From Paragordius varius (taxonomy: Eukaryota > Animalia > Nematomorpha), in assembly GCA_964247055.1 (NCBI GenBank), contig OZ176055.1:3038001-3102000 (forward strand): a DNA stretch of 64,000 nucleotides. Reading direction: 5' to 3'. The notes below the pieces were generated by a model. It was not told the DNA's origin and searched no databases. It worked only from the letters and a program-made list of their open reading frames with translations. The position numbers and the translations under genes were made by a program. Below are positions 29,458-40,900 of this stretch, in pieces; position 1 is the first letter of the stretch, and each line of letters opens with the position of its first letter.

Positions 29458-30148
29458 ATGAAATACTTTTACTATGTATGCCTAATCTTACTTTTTGCAT
29501 GGACGATTGAATCCCAAAAATCTAGTATATTATTATAATACTATTTATTAATAATGTGTACCCACTCTTTGCACAAATTAAACGCCACCATTTTATAACA
29601 TTAAAATTTTTATAAATAATCAAAAAATATATAAAAAAGACACGAATTTGTACCAAAAAAGACATTTTTATTTTCCCCACAGACTTTTGTGATTGTTAAA
29701 AGATCCAACACATTTTTTTGAAACTGATTGAAGATGTTCTAAAAATTTTATTTTAGGATGTTTTCCTGTGTCTCTAAGATGCCGTGGACAACCGTTTCGA
29801 TGCAGACCCTTTTGTCGAGTGACTGCTCCAACTGTAACAACAACTATTAGCACAACTTTAACCGCCTTAAATAATGTGACATCGACAGATATGGGCTCTT
29901 CTGCAATGATGTCTAATAACTCATCATCATCAACCTTATCGACATTATCGACAACAAGAAGATTAAACTCTAGAAGGACCGTTAGAATACGTCGAACTGT
30001 ACGGACAACGACTCTATCCACTTTATTAAGTGGTAGGACACGAAGGACAACTAAAAGAATTATTCGCACAACTACTAATCGGGTAAACACATCAAGAACT
30101 ATTTCTATATCTTCTATAGCTAGTACGACTTTACCTATTGTGGGATAA
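29458..30148 (+). CDS. Small predicted secreted protein (152 aa): signal peptide, 4-Cys motif, Thr/Ser-rich segment, Arg/Thr-rich cationic tail
   Basis: Exon 1, 29458-29524 (MKYFYYVCLILLFAWTIESQKS, phase-1 GT donor), joins exon 2, 29757-30148 (TTTTAG acceptor), in frame with the track ORF 29768-30148. Confidence 0.65.
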
Positions 30149-31499
30149 TATATATAAACATTCAATGATAGTTTTTCATTAAATATTGCCATTAAGCATA
30201 TGCAGCAAAGAACCTTATTATTGTTAAATGGCAAAAAGGCGAAAACTTAACTTAAAGCCAACCTTTGCGGCTTATGCTCTATGTTATTATTTAATGGAAA
30301 CTATCAATCTAAATAATTCACTGTAATATTCATATATGTGTAATTTAATACATTTTGTTGCAAAATTTTGGTTGTCAAAATTATTATCAGCGATTTTTCT
30401 AATAAATGATTTTGGTATCATTTGCAAACCTTAGCCAAAAAATATAAAATTTAAACCACTCAACATAGTATATTGAAGATATTATGGCCGAAATTTTATA
30501 TGACAATTCAAAAATAGCCAAAAGGATGCAAAATATTAAAAGTGTAGATAGAAATATAATTATTATTTATGCCAAAATTATTGAGTAATTGGGTATTGTA
30601 CTTGAAGGCCAAAACGGAGAGTAAAATAGGATAATATTTTGATATTATCATTTTGATTGATTTAGCGCATATTTTGGGCGCAAACTGTGGAAATATAAAA
30701 AATATTGAGACAAATGTACCAAGATTCCCATTGTGCTTTGAGGTTTAAGGCCTCACGATTTATATACCATTTTTCATTCAAAAGCAACAATTTTTCAAGT
30801 AAAATGAACATTTTTCATTCAATAACAATTGAAAAATGTTGCGTTTGGTAGAAAAAATAATGCCTTTGGTTAAAAAAGAGTTGCGTTTGGTTGAAAATTG
30901 CGTTGGTTGTTAGACTAAAAAATGGTATATATAAGATGGTTATTGGCATTTTTTGGTAATTGCTCTATATCGAAAAATCGCAAAATTAGGATACATTATA
31001 CTGCGTCCGATATCAGGGCTTATGATAAAATATGTATTCTAATAGAAAATATCAAGATTATTATGGTGCTTTTATTTTGGTTTTACGAGTCATATAAGAA
31101 AGTTAATTACACTTTTGTGCTAAGTATTCCATATCATGAAATGACAAAATTTGCCCAGATTTCTTAAATAAAATTTTTGTGAAAGCTAGAGGCATTGCAA
31201 AAAATATTACTCAATATATAAACTACATATAAAAACAATATCTTCAAAAAGTTTTAATTTTTAGATGTAAGCTCTGAAAGTCCCAATTTTTTTTCTTCTA
31301 AAATGATCTACTCTAAAAATAAACGCAAAAACGCCGCGATAAAAATTTTAGATATAGCAAAAATTTGATATCAACTAAAAATTTTTAAAATATGCGGATT
31401 TGTTTAAAAAAATTTAATTTTTAGCCAAATTTAAAGCGTACTTTATATAGTGATGATGAAAACGGTAAAACGGGTGAAAATATGATAAAAACACTTTTT

Positions 31500-32600
31500 C
31501 TCTATAACACTGTGTGCAAAAAAATTGGTAACAAATTTTATTCATATAGCTTATAAGGGCCAGCAAATTCATTGCCGAAAATATTTTATTTGTGATGGCC
31601 TTATTTTTGGAATATTGAAGAAAAGCAAAATTAGGCAACTGTAAAATTAAGGAAAAAAAGGATAATTAAAATAACAATGATAAAACTTCAGTTATTATGG
31701 TCTATTATCATTTTAGCAGATATTTAAGTATCTAAAAATATATAGTTAGGGATGTTATGAAAAATGGAGATCAAAAAATCGCATTTGTACCAAAAGAATT
31801 TTTTTATTAAAATAATTTTTTTAAGTATTTATTAGCGAAACTTACTATTAAAACATTCATATATTATTTATTAAAAAAGTTATATATTAAAATAATTTTT
31901 TATTTTTTATTTTTTGTCATCTGGTTTATGAGTGTATAAAAATTTTCTGTTTTTGGATCTAACATGAGCGGAAGTTTTAAAGTATATAAATTTATTCGAG
32001 ATGGGGTTTGAAAAGAGTGGAATAAACAATCCGTATAAAACCCTGTAACAGGTTTGTTTTAATACAAAATATTACTGGAATTTGTACGGATTTTCGGTAT
32101 ATATTTCCTATTTTGTATTAATTTATATACATTATATTCCCGGCCATGTAAGATCCCAAAATAAAACTCTAATTTTTATAACCTCATAAACCATATGACA
32201 ACAAAATGAAAAAATAAAAAAACTTATTTTTACTTTTATTTTCATACATAAGTTTTTTTAATGATTATGAATGTTGAGATTTTTAGTTGAATAATTAAAA
32301 AAAAATATTTTTATATAGTTTCATAAAATATTTTGTCTTTTATATACGTTAATAGAAAAACGCTATTTTTTAATCTGAATTTTCAAAACCCTAACAATAT
32401 GGTTTTAGGCTTTTTTGAAATTGTAAATATCTGCCAAAATGATAATAAACCTTAATTTATATCACAAGTTTTATCATTATTTTTTTAATTCTGAATTTTG
32501 ACTATTGCCCAAATTGTTTTTCTCCCAATATATGAAAAACTAGGTCGTCAGCAAATTAATATTTTTGCGGCAAATGAATATGGTCATAAGCCTCATTTAA
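31500..32600. repeat. Two copies of one AT-rich dispersed repeat in inverted orientation (foldback)
   Basis: 31912-31971 (TTTTGTCATCTGGTTTATGAG...GGATCTAACATGAGCGG) mirrors 32140-32206, and the similarity extends outward about 400 bp. Related copies lie at about 24350-24720 and about 26350-26563. Confidence 0.65.
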
Positions 32601-33167
32601 AAATTTTTTTTGCAAATAGTGTAATAATTCAATGATGCTGAAATTTTATTCATATATTTAGATTAAAATATTCGTAATTCTTAATCAATATTGTGTATTT
32701 TAGAAAATTCAAAATTATGAGGCAAATGAATTAAAGAAAAATTCTGAAGCGATAGAAACGTTCGGCATCATTGAATTATATGTATGTAGTTTAATATCTT
32801 AAGCCGTTATTTAAATGTTTCGTTGACTTAAAATGGCATTTAGTACACGTCAGCATAATGTTTAAAAATAATTTTTTTGAAAAAAGTATGCATTTTTTAA
32901 TAAGTAATTTCTAATTTGTAAATTTAGCGTTTATTATTTTAGGGGCCAATGGTATTTTTGCATTAATTTTAAAAGGAACTTATTTTAGAAGATTAAAAAA
33001 TTCGACTTTTGGAGCATACATCTAAAAATTAAAATTTTTTAAAATTGTTGTGTTTTATCTGTTTAGATATATTTTAGTGAAATTTTATGCAATTTAACAT
33101 TTATCTTTTACCGAAATTTTGATATCTTTTGATATCGCGCACTTAATTTAAAAGTGTTAATACCGCC

Positions 33168-33678
33168 ATAACACTTGGATGCAACAGATTCATTTGAATT
33201 CTTCGATATATAGTGGAATGGTTGGATACCCCGGGTTTGTTTAAAAAATTTAAAAAATATGGAGTAAAATTATGGCATTTTGCACTTATACCACATTAAG
33301 AACCCAAATACAAAAATGATTATTCAAAAACACTTAATAAAAGGTAAAAATTTAGTCAACATGACATGTATGCATGAATAAAATACATAAATATTGTTAA
33401 ATATACCACTTATTTTGAATATTAATGTTAAATGTGATTTAAGTAAAAGTATTAATATTAGAGCTAGAATAAAATAAACAAGATATTTTTCAAAAATTTT
33501 GTATAATGGCGTTAAAGTAGTTGGATACGGAACTTTTTATTCAAAACTAAATTTTATTTAGATATTTTGGCTTATTTATATAATTTTTAGGATAGAAGCA
33601 TAAATCAAAACCGTTTCAGTAGTTTTTAAGTTTATCAAATTATATAATCTGCGTCCCCAATTTGAATCAAAGTGTTAA
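33168..33678 (+). mobile_element. TTAA-flanked MITE, copy 2 (nested in another repeat)
   Basis: ATAA-CACTTGGAT ... ATCAAAGTG-TTAA. The flanks resemble the uninterrupted repeat at about 25990-26220. Confidence 0.7.
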
Positions 33679-33809
33679 ATTACTCGCAAGGGCTAAAACC
33701 AAAAGTACCCTGATAATCCCGATACACTTGTATCAGAATTATTTTTCATCAGTTTTTTTATTTGTAGGCACTGGGTAATGCAAAACAAACCACTTTCTTT
33801 ATCCTAATG

Positions 33810-34393
33810 TTAACACTTGGATAAAACAGATTCATTTTATTCCTTCGATTCAAATTGGGGTAGTTAAATACCCCAGGCCTGTTTAAAATTAAATTCTTCA
33901 AAAAATATGGAAGGAATCGAACCATGGCAAAATTGACCTATATAACATTAATAAACCGAAATATATGAAAAAAATTATTTAAAAATACTTGATATAACTT
34001 ATTTTTAGCTAAAACCGAGAGGTAGAAATTTCAGAACGTGACATGTGTGGAATGGTAAAATTTTAAAATACTACGGAATAAACCGCTTTTTATATTTATA
34101 TCAATGTTAGATGTAATTTAAATAAAAAAAATAGCTTCAAATTTACCCTTAAAATTAAATGAGGATGATATTTTGCAAAAATTTTGTAAAATAAAAATGG
34201 CGTCGAAGTAGTTTGACATGGAACTTTTTTTTTCAAAACAAAATTTTATTTAGATATTTTGGCATATTTATATAATTTTTATTAAGATAGAATCATAACT
34301 TTAAATTGGGACCGTTTCTTTCAGTAGTTTTTAAAAAATCCTAACTCAAATTTAGTGTGGGGTATTTAGATCCAAATTGAATCGAAGTGTTAA
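33810..34393 (+). mobile_element. TTAA-flanked MITE, copy 3
   Basis: TTAA-CACTTGGAT ... ATCGAAGTG-TTAA. Confidence 0.8.
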
Positions 34394-34998
34394 AAAAATT
34401 TACTCAAAAATTTTCTTTACAATTTGATAAAAAACACCAAATTCAAAAATATTGTAAAAAATAGCGATGCAGGTTCATATTTTTAAAATTAACTTTATAT
34501 ATTTTGGTTTTACATAATTTATCTTGATATAAGCATAAATATTGGATTCTCATTTGGCAGTTTTCAATTATGCCAACTATGTGATTTGGCGTCCCTATTC
34601 ACCCATACCCAAATTGAATCGTTTATATTCTTAGTACATGAAAAATAAATAAATAATCAGGGCAAAAAGCACATCTATGGCAGCATGCAAAGGGATTGTG
34701 GTTAACTAGATAGAACAGTCTATTTGAATTGCTAAAAATTAAACATTATGATCATACAAATATATACATTTAAAAGCTTATTTATAGTAAAGTTGAACCC
34801 CTGGATAATGATACATTAAAATCTATTGCTAGAAAATATTTTTAATGTTGAATATTATCCATAAAAATGTAAAGGTATCAAGTAGATAAAATAACCTATT
34901 TCGAATGTTATAATAAAAAATCCAAATTTTTATTTATCAACAGATTATACTCATTCTTATTTTTGCGTAAAACCATGTGAAAAATTTAAATTTTTCAA

Positions 34999-37900
34999 AT
35001 GGAAATATTAGATAATTTAAACAGAGCCATTGTTTTTGTTTCTACCAAGGAATACTCGGGAACTAAGTTATTGCCCGAAGAAAATAAATTATTTGCCAAA
35101 TTTTTACAAAATATGTATGGAACTAAATTTCGAATTATCATCAAACAAAATATGACTTTCACCCGCAATTTGATGGAAAATGCTACAAACTTTTATGCAA
35201 TTCATGGTTTTATATGTGTATTTGCCATTAAACTTAGCGATAATATAAGTTCTTTACTTAATGAAATATATGCCAAAATTTCACAACAAATCGCAAATAT
35301 AATACAAGAATGTAAAACATATCATAACAATGTCAATACCTTATTCGTTATTGTACCCCTTGAAAACAAAAGCAAGGTAACATCAAGTAAACCATTTAAA
35401 AATGCTCATACAAAAATCGTCGTGTTGGGGTCTCCTATCGGACAATACATCTCTAAAATTCAATCTAAAAATGTTGAAAAAAATAAGTTGCTTAAAGCAT
35501 TAGATGAATTTTTTATATCTTTAAACCGCAATATTTTTCATAATTATGAAACTGTTCTTTACGCCATAACACATATTAAAGAGAAGCTTGATAACGCACG
35601 ATCAATCCAAATAAAAGTCCTTCAAAATATACTTCCAAACTTTGTTACTAATCCCGCTCAGGCCAATTCAACAAATCTTTACGGCAAATCCAATCTAAAA
35701 AACGAAATACATCTGAATATTTCTCAAATCGTCACTTGGTTAGATAATAAATTCTCAAGTATATAAATTTGTTTAATTAACACTGTAGATGGTGAAATAA
35801 TAAACAATGGTGTAGTCGGTAAACTGTCGCATTCAACGCAACAAAACATTTTAAGAGATGATGTCTCTAATATTAGGCAATATAAATATTTATTATTTGT
35901 ATTTAATATTTTAATACTTTAATTTTTATGGATATTATTGATTTTATTATATTCATACATAATGATGAATTTCTATATATGGCATTATTTATATTTCCCA
36001 TATTATATTTATCTCAAAATATAATTGACTCCAATAAGCCATAATTTGTAGTATATCAATTTTCAAAAATATAAAATTTAGATATATATATGTCTTTTCG
36101 CAAATTAACACTTGGATGCAACACATTTATTTCAGTCCTTGGATTTTAATTAGAGTCGTTAGATACCCCAGGCCTGGTTAAAATTAAATCCTTTATAAAA
36201 TAGGATTGAATTGGAATCATGGCAAAAGTTTTCACTCATAAAACATAAATGAATCAAAATTTAAAAAAATACATTTAAGAATATACTTGATATTACTAAT
36301 TTTAATGTAAAACCCAAAGGTAAAATTTAGTCAACCTGGCATGTTTGCATTACTTGCAAAATAAACCGCTTTTTTTGTTTCTATCAATGTTAGCTGTGAG
36401 TTAAATAAAAAATAGCTTTATTAGCTTTAAAATTAATATATTTTGCAAAAATGCTGTAAAATACAAATGGGGTCGAAGATATAACATTTATATAAAACGA
36501 AATTTTATTTAGATATTTCGGCTTATTTATATAATTTTTATTAGGATAGAAGCATAGAGACCGTTTCTTACACTAGTCTTTTAAATATATCAACTTAAAT
36601 GTAGTCTAAGGTATTTAGATGCCCCAATTTGAAACAAAGTGTTCATTGATCAGCCAATGAAAACATAATATTTTGTTTGGATTTTTTATATATATAAAAT
36701 TATCACACATTACAAATCGATATTTGTCTTATAAATCATTTACATCTAGACTTAGTCTCGATCAAATGTTGGCAAGATTGGAAAAACAAGCAGCCGATTA
36801 TTGCATATTATTGGGGTATTGGGCCGAAGCGACGACTCACTATCAAACAGCTATGGATATTAACAAACAACTTGGCGATAATTTGTGGTATGCCGGTAAT
36901 ACATACATACTTACATACTTAATTTATTATTTTGTATTAAAAACAAAATTTATATAAATTTGATACACAAAAACTGGAACCGAAATTTTAAATTATATTG
37001 ACGAATATATGTCGGCTTAAGTCTTAGCTTATGACCATTTTCATTTAGAGGGAACTGTATATGAAAAAACGTAATCATTTGCAATTTTCTTAACCACTTT
37101 TGAATTGGTTTGTTAACAAGATTTTAAGCTTTTATCGGAACATTTATAGGGTTTCCTGAATAGAAATATCTACGCCTGAGAAACTTGAAATTGAACTTGA
37201 AATTTTGCCTAATCAATAAGGATGTTTGCTCCTTAAAATATTTATTTAATAATATTTAGAATAAAATGCATTTTTATAAATAAATAGTTGTTCAAAAACA
37301 AAATATTTGTTAATTTGTATTGTATTTGTTTTAATATTTGTAAATTTTTGGAGAATTAAAATCGTGATCGAACATGCATGTAATCGACGTGCTTAATATC
37401 TATAACTAATTAATCCGAATTGTTAGTTTTCGCTCATTTTATTTATTTTAGTTATGGGCAACAAACCGTTTTTTAAATCGGTACTATAACATTTATATAT
37501 ACTTGAATTTTAGTAATTGCTTAACAGGCTTCGATAGTTAACAATATTATTCTGCCTAAAACTTAAATATAAAAATATTATATTTTTATACTATTTTCTT
37601 TATAGCAAGTTTAGAGGGGTGGTGCTTTACTATAATCAATAAATATTTTGTGCAATCTATGCATTTGAAAGATGAAAACCAAAATACCAAAGAAAATAAT
37701 CGGCGGCCCATAAATAAATCATATTCCACTAATGATATTTCCACCACGTCAAATCAACTATCTACTAGCCCCTTTTCAAAAAGTTTGATATCAAATTTAG
37801 TTTTTTTTCATAAAAATTATTGAATATAAATGATAAACATATAGTTTTAACAACTGTTTTTACTAAAATTTTGATATACAGTAAAAATTGAAATTATACG

Positions 37901-40900
37901 GACAAAATGTAAAAATATAAAGACAAATTTTGTTTTTCAAAAGATAACCATACTTTTATAAACCTTTATTTATAAAAAACATTGAATTACAATCGTAAAA
38001 TACATAATTTATTGTGCTACCAATTAACAATCTATGTTTTAATTTGTAGTTTATAAACAATGATTTAGATATGAAAAAAGTATGGTTGTCTTTTAGAAAA
38101 AAATATTTGTCTGTATATTTTCACGTTTTTTCCGTATAATTTCAATTTTTACCGTAAATTTGTCAATTATTATTTTGTTTGTTTGTAGAGCTTTTAAATT
38201 CAACATACCCTCCTCATAGTCCTATGAATGATTCATCCATAATTAGTAATAAGCTTAACGACAAAAAATCACAATTAAATGTTTTGGTCCAGGGGCTACC
38301 TAATCTCAAAAATCATTACAAAACCTTATATCGTTCTAACCTAATTTTGGGGTCCTTATTCACACAAAAACCAACATCAGAGGTATCACAATGGTCTACC
38401 ATAAAAACAACCAAACAATTAACTTTGGTTGAAACGAGATTGTTGGACGCAATAAAACTTTACAAAGAGGTTTTTAGAATTTAAACTTTTGAATATAAAA
38501 TGAGTTTTTTTTGAGAATTTTTTGAAAAATTTAAACCTAAAAGCATAATATATATATATTTGTTTAAAAAAATTTTAACTCTATATTTAATTTTTTTTTC
38601 TAATTTTTATATAGTTTCCTGAAATATCGGATGTTACTTTCGATGCGATGGTCAAAACGGTCTGTTTTTACATTATTACTAAGGTATTGGTGATGAAATT
38701 AAGTTATTTTTGCTAATATATATATTTTTTTCTACTTTAGGAAAATATTAAAGCTGAAACTATGTTGCGAGAAGCTATTAATTTTAAATCGACAATCACG
38801 AAAAATCCATCCGTAATATATTTATTTAATTTTATAAATTTTTTATATATTTTAATCCTGATTACTTTTTTGGGATTTTTTTATCGTTTTTAGATATATA
38901 TATATAGGAATAATATTTTCTAGTAAATAGTGTATATAAGTCTAATAATTAAAAATTAGTTCTATTATTAATAAAACATAATTATTTTTTTTGATTTCGG
39001 GTGCAAAAGATATAACATTATTTTATGCCTTAAATTATTTAACAAATGTCGCTTAAATTCGTTTTATCTTTTATTCATAATATTTTAAGTTCAAGAATAC
39101 GGATCATTATATTTTATAGTTTGAATGCTGGAACTTATATGCGGATTTATACAACCGTATGGGTATGAAACGAAAAGCAGCATTTTATAAACGTTCAATT
39201 GGCTTAAAAATGATAAATGAGCATGACAATCAATGCGATTATAATTACACAGAGGTTTTAGTCCTTTAAATCTTTCGTAAACCCTAAAATTTATAAAAAA
39301 AATAAAATGTGTTAATCAAAATCTTATATAAGAATATTTTATTAATAATATATGGGAAAAATCTGTTAAAATATGATAGTTGTATATTGGGTCTAATTAG
39401 GCCACAATTTATCTTTTACTTTTTTAGTTATATTTTTACACAAAACTAACCAGTCGTTACTTATCACACGGTATATTAACCAATTAATTATGTTACAAAA
39501 ATTTTTTCAATTATTAATAACCACTTATTTTATTCATTTTTTTCTAGTTATTATATTTTTAGTTTAATTCAATACCCATGTTTATTGGTCAAGACTATGG
39601 GATACCTATAGATCCATTTTCTCAAGGTTGTTTTAAATATTTTTTTATTAATTTTTTAACATTAAAACAGTTTTAATTATAAAAATATTTGCAAATTACT
39701 TTTAAATTATGTAAAATAAAAAAGGATTGAGTTACAAATAAATTTAATATATTTTATTTAATCTTTTTTGCATTAGCTCCTGCTGATACGGAGCACCATT
39801 TTAACTTAAATTACGATTTGGATTTAAGGTGTTATTCGGAGTTTAAGGCTGGTTGGCCCTCAATTCAACGCCAAATTTTGGATGAGATGATTGCAATAGC
39901 TAAACATTTTCAGCATATACCTTTGGCAATTAGGTTTTGTAGTTTTTTTCAATTAGACTTTATTAATTTTTTTAAGATACATTTTAAATTTTTGAAACTA
40001 AAATACTGTATGGTTTACCGCTTTTAAACATGTCAATCATGATCATAACTGTTCAATTTATACCATAAATATGAGTATATTTTGTACAATAAATAATATA
40101 AACCAGGGACATGCGGCTGTCTCACACATTGTGTGCGGCCCGCGAAAATTATGGAAATCCATAATTGGCAAAAATATGCCCTCAAACTCTTAGTCTAATT
40201 AATATATCTAAAAAAATGTATTGAATCAGTCAATGTAATTGTCAATGAACTTGAAAATTATTTTATTGTGTTTGCATTTTACGGTATTATGCTTGACGTC
40301 TAAAAAAATATTTATTAATTCCCATATACATGTAAATCTAAAATACGGACCCGAACCATTTGTGTTGGACGCTCCTGATATACACGAACAAACCGATCAA
40401 ATTGATTGTTAGAGTTTTAAAATTGCGATTAAACAATTTTCAAGAGAGATTTGCCTTTATCTAAATCATATTGTAATTTTATACCACCATTTTTTGTTTT
40501 TTTTATCTCGGTTACAACCAATATATGTAATTTTATCTTTATTGTTTAGTATATTTTTATTGGTTAATTGGTTCTATAAATATGTTTAATTCCATTGTTT
40601 ATCTAATTACATCAAATATTTTTAAATTTGAAAATTTGCTTAATTTAAATTATCCATGGCTATTATTTGAATGGTCTTAATTTAACCCTAAATATTACAT
40701 CACTTACATTTTTAAACCAGACATGCTCTTTTCAAATTGGAATACTTTGCTGAATCAAAAACTATGGTTAATGATAAAAGAATACTTATTTCTGATTTCG
40801 GTGTTTTACAAGCCTTGAGTTATAAGACTACACAAATTTTGGGCACATCAACCATCTTTATACATGATATGGAGGATAAAACGTGTGCTATTTCACCCAT

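Noticed and set aside
29668-30234. 188-aa minus-strand ORF (Val/Leu-rich)
   Set aside because: It is the antisense shadow of the Thr/Arg-rich plus-strand exon. The plus strand has a signal-peptide exon and matching splice sites.
30836-30912. Four short TGC(G/C)TT(T)GGT repeats spaced about 20 nt apart
   Set aside because: Degenerate minisatellite with no inverted partner or other support.
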